NCBI GenBank assembly: GCA_021159235.1
Contig: JAGGSF010000102.1
Coordinates: forward strand, 1-34,449
Source of the DNA: Deltaproteobacteria bacterium
GTDB lineage: Bacteria > Campylobacterota_A > Desulfurellia > JAGGSF01
DNA: 34,449 nt
Direction: 5' to 3'
Made by a program: the position numbers and the translations under genes
The notes under the pieces: model-generated
The model's input: the letters and a program-made list of their open reading frames with translations, nothing else
Database searches by the model: none
Told to the model about the DNA's origin: nothing
In this document: positions 1-8,900 of the stretch, one piece after another
Layout of the letters: every line of letters starts with the position of its first letter
How positions within the stretch are numbered: the first letter of the stretch is position 1

Positions 1-47
1 GGCATCCTGTTTTACCTTCGTTATACAATAAATCTATTTTCTAAAAA

Positions 48-701
48 TCATTCTGTATTCCAATAGGCTTTAGCAATTATTTTTGTAACATCTTCAAATA
101 GCTCCTTGTAATTTTCTATAGGTTTGATTAAATAAGGTTCGTCTTCTATCTTCTCCGGTAAATTTGTAAATTTTCTCTGAATTACATACTCAATACCCTC
201 TATTCCAAACTTCTCCCTTACCTTTTTAAACCCCCATAGAATATAATCCCTCCCTTTTTCCTTTAATATAAAATAAATATCCATTATATCTTTAACCTCG
301 TTTCTGTCGGCTAAAGCGGCAAGCTTGTTAACAAAAATGTCTTCAAAGCTATCTACCCACAAATCTCCAACCTTTCTTCTCGGAGCAACATTTTTGAAAG
401 GATAGAAGGTGAACTCAACTTTTAAGGATTCATCAGGAGATGAAATTAGAAAAAGCCTTCTGTCGTATATTGCTTCGTAATTTATTTTTTTTATTTCGGC
501 TATAGAATGCAGGAAAGATAGTATTGCATTTATGTCTAAGGCTGTTTTATTGTCTGTAAAGAAATCAAGGTCATAAGAGCGGCGATGTTGTAAATAGACA
601 TAAGATAAAGCTGTGCCACCAGTGAAATAAAAGTGTTTTGATAATTCAGATTTTCCAAAGTATGCTAAAAATTGTTTTTGAATCTTTGTCAATATATTCA
701 A
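48..701 (-). CDS. Nucleotidyltransferase of the AbiEii/AbiGii (DUF1814) toxin family
   Basis: 217-aa ORF with FYFTGGTAL...HRRSYDLDFF (GGTAL and R-S-x-D-x-D motifs), VKVEF-like strand and NKLAALADRNEVKDIMD (K...R...KDxxD) motif typical of this family. Confidence 0.85.
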   Translation of the reverse strand: MNILTKIQKQFLAYFGKSELSKHFYFTGGTALSYVYLQHRRSYDLDFFTDNKTALDINAILSFLHSIAEIKKINYEAIYDRRLFLISSPDESLKVEFTFYPFKNVAPRRKVGDLWVDSFEDIFVNKLAALADRNEVKDIMDIYFILKEKGRDYILWGFKKVREKFGIEGIEYVIQRKFTNLPEKIEDEPYLIKPIENYKELFEDVTKIIAKAYWNTE

Positions 702-913
702 TCCAATACACCCTCTTTTATCAATTTGTAATAGAATTTGATGAGTTTCTTGTTTGCTTTAGGAATGCTGAGTTTATCAAGATGCCTGTAAAGTTCAATG
801 ACTGTTTTTTTATCTCTCCCTACCTGTGGAAAAAATAAAGCTATTCTCTCTAATCTTTTTAACTTGGAAACCTTCTTATAATCCCAGAAAATAGCATTTT
901 GTTTTTTCTTCAT
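698..913 (-). CDS. Small basic protein, putative antitoxin/partner of the nucleotidyltransferase (FWDY motif, possibly DUF6922-like)
   Basis: 71-aa Lys-rich ORF whose stop overlaps the downstream start (ATGA, 4 nt); N-terminal IFWDY...LERI pattern. Confidence 0.6.
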   Translation of the reverse strand: MKKKQNAIFWDYKKVSKLKRLERIALFFPQVGRDKKTVIELYRHLDKLSIPKANKKLIKFYYKLIKEGVLD

Positions 914-969
914 TTTTTAGCAGTCTTTTGAATCCCCGGCATCTAAAACCAGGCACCCTGTTTACTTTT

Positions 970-975
970 ATTATA
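970..975 (-). promoter_or_regulatory. Possible -10 element (TATAAT) for the minus-strand two-gene module
   Basis: ATTATA on + strand = TATAAT on - strand, 57 nt upstream of the ATG at 913; no convincing -35 and the context is AT-rich. Confidence 0.3.
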
Positions 976-1086
976 CATTATTCATTTTAAAAAACCATAA
1001 TTTTTCATTCTTTATTTTAGCATATTCATTCAAAAGGTTTTAACGACTGCTTCTGGTTTGCAGGCCAAACATCTTAAGTGTTTGAC

Positions 1087-1115
1087 TTGACAGAGACAGG
1101 TATTTTTACTAAATT
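1087..1115 (+). promoter_or_regulatory. Sigma70 promoter for tRNA-Lys
   Basis: TTGACA (1087-1092), 17 bp spacer, TAAATT (1110-1115), just upstream of the tRNA at 1123. Confidence 0.6.
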
Positions 1116-1122
1116 CTTCAGT

Positions 1123-1198
1123 GGGCTGCTAGCTCAGCTGGTAGAGCAACGGACTCTTAATCCGTGGGTTGGGGGTTCGAGTCCCCCGCAGCCTACCA
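1123..1198 (+). tRNA. tRNA-Lys (anticodon CTT), CCA encoded
   Basis: Cloverleaf: acceptor GGGCTGC/GCAGCCT, anticodon arm ACGGA-CT CTT AA-TCCGT, T-arm GGGGG-TTCGAGT-CCCCC, ends ACCA. Confidence 0.97.
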
Positions 1199-1268
1199 TT
1201 ATTTTGTTATTAATTAATAGAAACGTTTGTTTTTGTGGGTTTTTTGATATAAATCTCTGTAGCATTGG

Positions 1269-1296
1269 TTGACATTTATGTTTTTTTGGATATAAT
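1269..1296 (+). promoter_or_regulatory. Consensus sigma70 promoter for the tRNA-tuf operon
   Basis: Perfect TTGACA (1269-1274), 16 bp spacer, perfect TATAAT (1291-1296), 13 nt before tRNA-Thr. Confidence 0.85.
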
Positions 1297-1309
1297 TCCA
1301 ACGCTTAAA

Positions 1310-1381
1310 GCTGGCGTAGCTCAAGGGTAGAGCAGCTGATTTGTAATCAGCAGGTTGGGGGTTCAATTCCCTTCGCCAGCT
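1310..1381 (+). tRNA. tRNA-Thr (TGT), no encoded CCA
   Basis: Acceptor GCTGGCG/CGCCAGC, anticodon arm GCTGA-TT TGT AA-TCAGC, T-loop TTCAATT. Confidence 0.97.
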
Positions 1382-1391
1382 CTTTTAAGTA

Positions 1392-1474
1392 GGGGAGGTT
1401 CCCGAGCGGTTAAAGGGGGCAGACTGTAAATCTGTTGGCGTATGCCTTCGGAGGTTCGAATCCTCCCCTCCCCA
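1392..1474 (+). tRNA. tRNA-Tyr (GTA), long variable arm, no encoded CCA
   Basis: Acceptor GGGGAGG/CCTCCCC, anticodon arm GCAGA-CT GTA AA-TCTGT, T-arm GGAGG-TTCGAAT-CCTCC. Confidence 0.97.
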
Positions 1475-1480
1475 CTATAG

Positions 1481-1553
1481 GCGGGAATAGCTCAGCTGGT
1501 AGAGCACGAGCCTTCCAAGCTCGGGGTCGCGGGTTCGAAGCCCGTTTCCCGCT
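1481..1553 (+). tRNA. tRNA-Gly (TCC), no encoded CCA
   Basis: Acceptor GCGGGAA/TTCCCGC, anticodon arm CGAGC-CT TCC AA-GCTCG. Confidence 0.97.
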
Positions 1554-1557
1554 TTTG

Positions 1558-1630
<73 letters not shown>

Positions 1631-1636
1631 TATAAA

Positions 1637-2844
1637 TGTAAGGAGGATTTTATGCCAAAGGAAAAGTATGTGCGTAAGAAACCCCATGTGAACATAGGCA
1701 CGATTGGGCATGTGGATCATGGAAAAACAACACTTACTTCAGCTATTACCAGGGTTTTAGCTACTAAGGGATTGGCAAATTATATAGGTTATGATGAGAT
1801 AGATAAGGCTCCTGAGGAAAAAAGCAGAGGGTTGACCATCAACATTGCTCATATTGAGTATGAAACGGAGAACAGACACTATGCACACATTGATTGTCCC
1901 GGTCATGCGGATTATGTTAAGAATATGATTACTGGTGCAGCCCAGATGGATGGAACGATACTGGTAGTCTCTGCTGCAGATGGTCCTATGCCACAAACCA
2001 GAGAGCATATAATTTTAGCCCGTCAGGTAGGGGTGCCTTATATAGTTGTGTTTTTAAACAAAACAGATATGGTAGACGACCCAGAATTGATAGACCTGGT
2101 AGAGATGGAGACCAGAGAGCTTTTAACCAAATACGGTTATCCTGGAGATGACCTGCCGGTTATAAAAGGGTCTGCCTTAAAGGCTCTGGAAACACCGGAA
2201 GGTGAGGAAAATGAACATACCAGGGCGATCTGGGATCTGTTGAAGGCGGTGGATGAGTATATAAAGACACCGGTAAGGGATGTTGACAAACCCTTCCTTA
2301 TGCCTATTGAGGATGTATTTACCATCTCTGGAAGGGGAACGGTGGTCACAGGCAGGGTGGAAAGAGGAATAATTCGTCCCGGGGACGAGGTGGAGATGGT
2401 AGGATTTAGACCTACCAGAAAAACGGTGGCAACATCCCTGGAGATGTTCAGGAAAATACTGGATGAAGCGAGGGCAGGAGACAACGTTGGAGTGCTGTTG
2501 AGAGGAGTAAAGAGAGACGAGGTGGAGAGAGGAATGGTGCTGACCAAACCAGGATCCATTACTCCTCATACTAAGTTCAAGGCACAGATTTATGTTTTAA
2601 CCAAGGAAGAAGGTGGAAGGCACACACCATTCTTTACAGGATACCGTCCTCAATTCTTTGTGCGGACAACGGATGTAACAGGAGTAATAAAACTACCTGA
2701 AGGGGTAGAGATGATCATGCCTGGTGATAATGTTGAGATAGAAATAGAGCTTATTGCTCCTATTGCTTCTGAGGAGGGAACACGGTTTGCTATAAGGGAA
2801 GGTGGAAAGACAGTGGGTGCTGGTGTAATTACCAAGATTCTGGA
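1637..2844 (+). repeat. Direct repeat copy 1 (tuf plus 15 bp upstream), matching 17584-18791
   Basis: Identical protein, identical antisense ORF translations, no mismatch seen on inspection; constant offset 15947. Confidence 0.9.
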
Positions 2845-2848
2845 GTAG
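1652..2848 (+). CDS. tuf: Elongation factor Tu (tufB position)
   Basis: [14 protein letters not shown], NKxD motifs; AGGAGG RBS at 1641-1646; start moved from 1589 (inside the tRNA) to ATG 1652, 398 aa. Confidence 0.99.
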   Translation: MPKEKYVRKKPHVNIGTIGHVDHGKTTLTSAITRVLATKGLANYIGYDEIDKAPEEKSRGLTINIAHIEYETENRHYAHIDCPGHADYVKNMITGAAQMDGTILVVSAADGPMPQTREHIILARQVGVPYIVVFLNKTDMVDDPELIDLVEMETRELLTKYGYPGDDLPVIKGSALKALETPEGEENEHTRAIWDLLKAVDEYIKTPVRDVDKPFLMPIEDVFTISGRGTVVTGRVERGIIRPGDEVEMVGFRPTRKTVATSLEMFRKILDEARAGDNVGVLLRGVKRDEVERGMVLTKPGSITPHTKFKAQIYVLTKEEGGRHTPFFTGYRPQFFVRTTDVTGVIKLPEGVEMIMPGDNVEIEIELIAPIASEEGTRFAIREGGKTVGAGVITKILE

Positions 2849-2852
2849 ATAT

Positions 2853-3002
2853 ATGAGGGAAATAGTTCGTCTTGCCTGTGATGAGTGTAAGAGAATAAAT
2901 TATACAACGAAGAGAAACAAGAAAGAGAAAAAAGAAAAATTGCATCTTAGGAAGTTTTGTCCATTTTGTAGAAAACATGTAATACACAGAGAGGTGAAGT
3001 AG
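2853..3002 (+). CDS. rpmG: 50S ribosomal protein L33 (zinc-ribbon form); not in ORF track
   Basis: Hand translation MREIVRLACDECKRINYTTKRNKKEKKEKLHLRKFCPFCRKHVIHREVK, 49 aa; expected position tuf-rpmG-trpT-secE. Confidence 0.97.
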   Translation: MREIVRLACDECKRINYTTKRNKKEKKEKLHLRKFCPFCRKHVIHREVK

Positions 3003-3077
3003 GCCAGTAGCTCCAATTGGTAGAGCGGCGGTCTCCAAAACCGCAAGTTGGGGGTTCGAGTCCTCCCTGGCCTGCCA
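3001..3077 (+). tRNA. tRNA-Trp (CCA), CCA end encoded
   Basis: Acceptor AGGCCAG/CTGGCCT, G73, anticodon arm GCGGT-CT CCA AA-ACCGC, T-arm GGGGG-TTCGAGT-CCTCC. Confidence 0.97.
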
Positions 3078-3082
3078 TGAGT

Positions 3083-3274
3083 ATGGATATTGTGGATAAG
3101 GTGAAAAGATTTTTATTAGAAGTTCGCAGTGAGATGAAGAAGGTTGTGTGGCCAGAGAAGAGGAATCTTTTCTCGGCAACAATAGCGGTGGTTATATTTA
3201 TAATTGTTGTTACTGTGATTTTGAGCGTGTTGGATTACATTTTTTCTGTATTGGGAGGATTGATTTTCAAGTAA
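3083..3274 (+). CDS. secE: Preprotein translocase subunit SecE (start uncertain: 3077, 3083 or 3092)
   Basis: FLLEVRSEMKKVVWP motif followed by one TM helix ending LD; synteny with nusG. Confidence 0.93.
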   Translation: MDIVDKVKRFLLEVRSEMKKVVWPEKRNLFSATIAVVIFIIVVTVILSVLDYIFSVLGGLIFK

Positions 3275-3813
3275 TGGAAGAGGCAAAATGGTATGCTATT
3301 CATACTCAAGCAGGGTTTGAAAAGAGAGTAAAAGAGAGTATAGAAAAAGAGGCAGAATTGCTGGGCTTTAAGGATAAAATAGAAGAGGTGCTTATTCCAG
3401 TAGAAGAGGTTGTTGAGATAAAAAAGGGTGAAAAGAAGATAAGAGAGAAGTGTTTATATCCGAGTTATGTGTTTATAAAAGCTCATTTTGACAACGCTCT
3501 TTTTGATGTTATAAGAAAATTGACCCATGTAACAGGATTTGTGGGTAGTAAGGAAGAACCTGTTCCTTTGAGCGATGAGGATATAGATCTGGTTTTTGAG
3601 AGGTTGAAAAAAGCCAAAGAGGCTCCCAGACCAGCGGTTTCTTTCAAGCAAGGCGATAAAGTGAGGGTTACAGATGGTCCGTTTACCGATTTTGTGGGCA
3701 CAGTGGAGGAAGTGGATTTAGATAAAGCGCGCTTAAAAATAATGGTGAGTATATTCTGTCGTTCCACGCCAGTGGAGTTGGATTATAATCAAGTGGAGAA
3801 AATAGAGGGGTAA
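3274..3813 (+). CDS. nusG: Transcription termination/antitermination factor NusG
   Basis: [13 protein letters not shown]-terminus, KOW motif [14 protein letters not shown]; start at TAATG overlap with secE stop. Confidence 0.97.
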   Translation: MEEAKWYAIHTQAGFEKRVKESIEKEAELLGFKDKIEEVLIPVEEVVEIKKGEKKIREKCLYPSYVFIKAHFDNALFDVIRKLTHVTGFVGSKEEPVPLSDEDIDLVFERLKKAKEAPRPAVSFKQGDKVRVTDGPFTDFVGTVEEVDLDKARLKIMVSIFCRSTPVELDYNQVEKIEG

Positions 3814-3817
3814 AGTG

Positions 3818-4240
3818 ATGGAAGAAGTTGTAGCTACCGTTAAGTTGCAAATACAGGCAGGAAAAGCATCTCCTGCACCGCCTGTAGGACCAGCGCTGGG
3901 TCAGCATGGGATAAATATTATGGATTTTTGTAAGAAGTTTAATGAACAGACAAAAGATAAGGGTGATTACACTATTCCTGTGGTGATTAAGCTCTATAAG
4001 AATAGAAGTTTTTCTTTTGTTACAAAGACGCCTCCTACATCTGAGCTTATAATGAAAGCACTGAAGATAGAAAAAGGTTCTTCTATGCCGAATAAAACTA
4101 AGGTGGGAAAACTCTCAAAAAAGGATTTGGAGAATATTGCTCGAATGAAGTTGCCGGATTTGAATACAAGGGATATAGAAAAGGCGATGAAGATTGTTGC
4201 CGGTACTGCACAGAATATGGGTGTCGAGGTAGAATTATGA
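3818..4240 (+). CDS. rplK: 50S ribosomal protein L11
   Basis: [18 protein letters not shown] motif; GAGGGG RBS at 3805-3810. Confidence 0.98.
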   Translation: MEEVVATVKLQIQAGKASPAPPVGPALGQHGINIMDFCKKFNEQTKDKGDYTIPVVIKLYKNRSFSFVTKTPPTSELIMKALKIEKGSSMPNKTKVGKLSKKDLENIARMKLPDLNTRDIEKAMKIVAGTAQNMGVEVEL

Positions 4241-4926
4241 AAAGGGGTAAAAAGTACTTGCAAGCTCTGGAAAAATATGATCAATATAAGGAATATTCGC
4301 TGGAAGAAGGGATAAAGATATTAAAAGACATTGCTTATGCAAATTATGATGAGGCGATAGAGGTTTCCATGCACTTGGGTGTTGATCCGAGACATGCGGA
4401 CCAGATGGTCAGGGGTACGGTGGTGTTGCCTCATGGGTGTGGTAAATCTGTTAGGGTGTTGGTTTTTACTAAAGGAGAAAAGGTGAAAGAAGCAGAGGAG
4501 GCGGGTGCGGATTATGTTGGTGGAGAGGATATGGTAGAGAAGATAAAGGGTGGATGGTTGGAGTTTGATAAGGTAATTGCGACACCGGATATGATGTCTG
4601 TAGTGGGAAGGATAGGCAAGATATTAGGTCCAAGGGGACTCATGCCCAGTCCGAAATTAGGAACGGTAACATTTGATGTGAAGGGAGCCATAGAGAGGGC
4701 TAAGGCAGGAGAGATAGAGTTTAGAGTGGACAAAACGGCTAATATTCATGCCTCCGTTGGCAGAAAATCCTTTGATGTTGAAAAGTTGAAGGAAAATATA
4801 CAGGCCTTTTACGATTCGGTTGTGAAAGCAAAGCCTGAGGCGGCAAGAGGAAAATATATAGAAACACTTTATTTAAGTGCAACTCATTCTCCTTCCGTGA
4901 AGATTAAGGTGGGAACGGTCAGATGA
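4237..4926 (+). CDS. rplA: 50S ribosomal protein L1
   Basis: [13 protein letters not shown] and ILGPRGLMP motifs. Confidence 0.98.
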   Translation: MKRGKKYLQALEKYDQYKEYSLEEGIKILKDIAYANYDEAIEVSMHLGVDPRHADQMVRGTVVLPHGCGKSVRVLVFTKGEKVKEAEEAGADYVGGEDMVEKIKGGWLEFDKVIATPDMMSVVGRIGKILGPRGLMPSPKLGTVTFDVKGAIERAKAGEIEFRVDKTANIHASVGRKSFDVEKLKENIQAFYDSVVKAKPEAARGKYIETLYLSATHSPSVKIKVGTVR

Positions 4927-4937
4927 GGAGGAAAAAT

Positions 4938-5486
4938 TTGGAAAGCAAAAGCATGGGGGAAAAAAGAGAAGTAGTAGAGAGGTTGAAAGAAGATGTAAAT
5001 AGGTGGCAGATTGTTGTTCTTTCTGATTTTTCTGGTATGAGTGTAAAAGAAATGGAAGATGTGAGGGAGGCATTGAAGGAAACGGGCGGCGGTTTTCGTG
5101 TTGTGAAAAACACAATTATAAAAAGAGTCTTAAAAGATACGGTGTTTAATGGGCTTGTGGATAAAATCTCAGGTTCTAATGCCATAGCTTATACCGAAAA
5201 AGACCCTGTTAATTTGATTCAAGCACTGGTAAAAAAGGTGAAGAGTTGTGAAAACTTGAAGATTAAATCTGGTGCATTTGAAAAGAAATTGCTTTCTTTG
5301 AATGATATTGAAGCAATTGCTACTCTTCCACCAAGAGAGGTTCTCACCGCACAACTCTTGTCCATGTTAAATGCACCACTGTCCAATTTTATGAATGTGT
5401 TTAATGGTATTTTGTTGAGATTTATTTATGTTTTGAAAGCCTGTGAGAAAAAAGATAGGACTTTAGGAGGTAAAGGGAATGCCTGA
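4938..5486 (+). CDS. rplJ: 50S ribosomal protein L10 (TTG start preferred; alternatives ATG 4923 or 4953)
   Basis: VVKNT and ATLPPRE motifs; GAGGAGG at 4925-4931 lies 6 nt before in-frame TTG 4938. Confidence 0.93.
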   Translation: MESKSMGEKREVVERLKEDVNRWQIVVLSDFSGMSVKEMEDVREALKETGGGFRVVKNTIIKRVLKDTVFNGLVDKISGSNAIAYTEKDPVNLIQALVKKVKSCENLKIKSGAFEKKLLSLNDIEAIATLPPREVLTAQLLSMLNAPLSNFMNVFNGILLRFIYVLKACEKKDRTLGGKGNA

Positions 5487-5859
5487 TGTTACCAAGGAAG
5501 ATGTTATCAAGTTTATTGAGAACATGACTGTTCTGGAGATGAGTGAGTTTATTAAAGAGTTGGAAGAGCATTTTGGAGTGAGTGCCCAGCCGGTGGTTGC
5601 TCAGGCCGCTCCAACTCAAGCAACTGAAGAGGCAAAGCCTGAAGAGAAAACCGAATTCGATGTTGTGTTGAAGGAGGTTGGTCAGAAAAAGATTCAGCTT
5701 ATAAAAACAGTGAGGGAGATTACAGGTTTGGGATTGAAAGAGGCGAAGGAGTTAGTGGATAAAACCCCTGTTAAGGTGAAGCAGCATTTGTCCAAAGAAG
5801 AAGCAGAAGCTGTTAAGTCTAAAATAGAAGAGGCTGGAGCTACTGCTGCAATTGAATAA
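5479..5859 (+). CDS. rplL: 50S ribosomal protein L7/L12
   Basis: [10 protein letters not shown] and [11 protein letters not shown] motifs. Confidence 0.98.
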   Translation: MPDVTKEDVIKFIENMTVLEMSEFIKELEEHFGVSAQPVVAQAAPTQATEEAKPEEKTEFDVVLKEVGQKKIQLIKTVREITGLGLKEAKELVDKTPVKVKQHLSKEEAEAVKSKIEEAGATAAIE

Positions 5860-5877
5860 ATCTTACTTTTTATAGGT

Positions 5878-5914
5878 GGGGAAGAGGTCTTGAGACCTCT
5901 TCCCTTATTTTTTT
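5878..5914 (+). terminator. Intrinsic terminator/attenuator between rplL and rpoB
   Basis: Perfect 11-bp stem GGGAAGAGGTC-TTGA-GACCTCTTCCC followed by TTATTTTTTT. Confidence 0.8.
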
Positions 5915-5938
5915 GCACTGAGATGAGGTGAATAGAAT

Positions 5939-8900
5939 ATGAGTAAACCTTTACTTTCTGGCATGAGAGTGAGGCTTGACTTTTCAAAGGTGTATAAGGC
6001 TTTGCCTGTTCCTGACCTTTTAGATGCACAGTTGAGGTCCTATCATGATTTTTTGAGTAAAGATCCTAAAGTGGAAAAAAATTTAAAGAGGCTGTTTGAA
6101 ACAACCTTTCCCATAGAGGATGTTCATGGTCGGCTTACGCTGGAATTTATTGATTATGAAGTTGACCATCCCAAATGCAAACCTGATGAGTGTAAAACAA
6201 AAGGTCTCACTTATGGTGGTTCGTTGCTTATGATAGTGAGGCTTACTGTTTGGAATGTTGATGAAAAGACAGGAAAAAGGATTTCTCCGCAGGATGTGAA
6301 AGAGCAGAAGATATATCTGGGGGAGTTACCCTTGATGACAGAAAAGGGTAGCTTTATTATAAATGGGGTAGAAAGGGTTATTGTTGGTCAGTTGCATCGT
6401 TCACCAGGGCCTGTGTTTAAAAAGCTTCCTCTATCTTCTACGGGAGGAAGAGTTTTTTATCATGGTCAGATTATCTCTGATGTGGGTTCATGGATTGAAT
6501 TCGAAACAGATGTAAAGGATGTTATCTATGCGCGTATAGACAAGAAAAAGAGGTTTCCTGCTACCATTATCCTCAAGGCATTGGGATTTGAAGAGGAGGA
6601 AATACTCTCTCTCTTTTACTCCTCTATGAAAGTGAAAATAGACAACGGCGCGTTTTTTGTAGAAGCTTCTGATAAAGCTTGCAGATTTAAGGTAAGTGCA
6701 GATGTTGAGAAAGACGGAGAGACAATCATCTTGAAAGATGAAGAAGTGTCCCCTGAATCAGTGGAGAAAGCAAAGCAATATGGTATAGAATGGTTTCCTG
6801 TAAGCAGAGAGCAGATAGTAGGTCGTTATCTGTACAAGAGTGTGTTGGATGAGAAAGGAGAAGTTGTTCTGGATTGTGGAGATATGATAACCAGCGGTTA
6901 CCTGGATGTCTTTGAATCCATGAAAAATGTAGTTTTAGAGTTGATTTGTGCAGATTATGATGATTACACGATAAAAAACACACTGATTTTAGATAGAGAA
7001 ATAATGAGAAAATTTGAGGCGGTTATTTCTGAGGGTATGTTGAAGGAAGATGTAGCCAAAATGTATATTTATCATATATTGAGACCCGGTGAATCAATAG
7101 CACCTGAGAAAGCTAAGGCATTTTTCCATATGTTGTTTTTTGATCCTAAGAGATACGATGTTTCATTGGAGGGAAGATTAAAATTAAATGAGACCTTTAA
7201 TATAGATGTGCCGGAAGATGTAAGAACATTAACTCCTGATGATTTTGTTGGTATGCTTAAATATTTAGTTTTATTGAAGAATGAAGTGGTCGTTCCGGAT
7301 GATAGAGACAGTCTTTCTAACAGGAGAGTGAGCCTGGTTGGGGAATTGCTTTATGAAGAGATGAGAATAGGCTTTTTGAGGATGCAGAAACTCACGCAGG
7401 ATAGGATGATAATGGGGAACATAGCAGATGTAACACCATTTGATCTCATAAATGCTAAACCTGTAGCATCTGCAATTATGAGCTTTTTTTCCACCGGCCA
7501 ACTCTCCCAATTTTTGGATCAGACAAATATTTTGTCGGAGATTAGTCACAAGAGAAGATTGTCGGCGTTGGGTCCCGGAGGATTGACAAGAGAGAGAGCA
7601 GGTTTTGAAGTAAGGGATATCCATCCTTCTCACTACGGAAGAATCTGCCCGGTGGAAACACCAGAAGGACCAAATATAGGTCTTATTACCTCTATGGCTA
7701 CATATGCAAGAGTAAATAGGTATGGTTTCCTGGAGACGCCTTATAGAAGAGTGAAAGAGGGAAAGGTTTTAAATGAGGTGGATTATCTCATGGCATCGCA
7801 GGAAAAGGAACATATTATTGCCCAGGCGAATGCACCTTTAAATCCGGATGGAACATTTAAGAACAGATATGTTCCTGCTCGAAAGAATGGCGAATTTGTT
7901 ATGGCCAAGAGAGAGGAGGTAACACTGATGGATGTTTCTCCAAGCCAGTTGGTGGGTATAACGGGTTCGCTTATTCCTTTCCTTGAGCATGATGATGCCA
8001 ATCGTGCACTAATGGGCTCGAATATGCAGAGGCAGGCTGTGCCTCTGATTACAAATGAGGCACCATTAGTGGGTACGGGAATGGAGAATGTTGTAGCTAA
8101 GTATTCTCGTAATGCAGTTGTTGCTCAGAGAGATGGTGAAGTAGTAAGGGTAGAAGCTAACAGAATATACATAAGTAGTGAGGAAAAGGATGGTCTCTAC
8201 AGTCTGGATGTTTATCCAATAAGAAGGTTTGAAAGGACCAACCAGAATCTTTGTTTTGATCAACACCCTATTGTAGATGTAGGGGAAAGGGTAAAAAAAG
8301 GACAGGTCATTGCAGATGGACCAACAATGGATAAAGGAGAATTAGCATTAGGGAAAAACATGCTGGTAGCCTTTATTCCGTGGTATGGGTATAATTATGA
8401 AGATGCAGTTGTTGTTTCTCACAGGCTTGTTGATGAGGATATTTATACTTCAGTGCATATAAGAGAATTTGATGCTTTTGTGAGAGACACCAGCTTGGGG
8501 ATGGAGGAGATTACTGCCGATATTCCCAATGCTTCTTCTGAGGTGATAAGAAACCTGGACAAAAACGGTATTGTGAGGATAGGTGCTTATGTAAAACCGG
8601 GTGATGTGCTTGTGGGCAAGATCACACCGCAGGCAGAGACTTCCTATTCACCTGAAGAAAGACTCTTAAGAGCAATATTTGGAGAGAAAGCAAGTAATGT
8701 TGCAGATTCATCTCTGCGGGTTCCTTCTGATGCAGAGGGTGTGGTTATAGATGTGAAAATACTTAGAAGCAAACAGGCGAAAAATGGAGCCTGCTTTAAA
8801 GGGATGGAAGAGATGAATGTGAAGAGCATAAACAAGGAGTTGCAGAGCAAACTAAATATTGTAAATAAATTGTATGTGGACAGTTTGAAGCAACTCATTG

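Noticed and set aside
1-47. Possible third minus-strand gene starting at ATG (5-3) after AAGG/AGGA
   Set aside because: Only one full codon lies in the window, so it cannot be supported; worth checking in the neighbouring window
638-838. 66-aa plus-strand ORF
   Set aside because: Antisense to the two-gene module, with no RBS or recognisable motif
1205-1225. TATTAATTAATA palindrome after tRNA-Lys
   Set aside because: Pure A/T, expected by chance and too weak for a terminator
1123-1260. tRNA-Lys as an integration site for the NTase module
   Set aside because: The module lies 5' of the tRNA, and no integrase or duplicated tRNA 3' end is in the window
3017-3273. Long N-terminal extensions of secE (3017) and nusG (3148) in the ORF track
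   Set aside because: They overlap tRNA-Trp and secE; homology begins near 3083 and at 3274
7480-7700. Intrinsic rifampicin resistance
   Set aside because: Residues equivalent to E. coli Q513, D516, H526, S531, L533 and I572 are all the susceptible type
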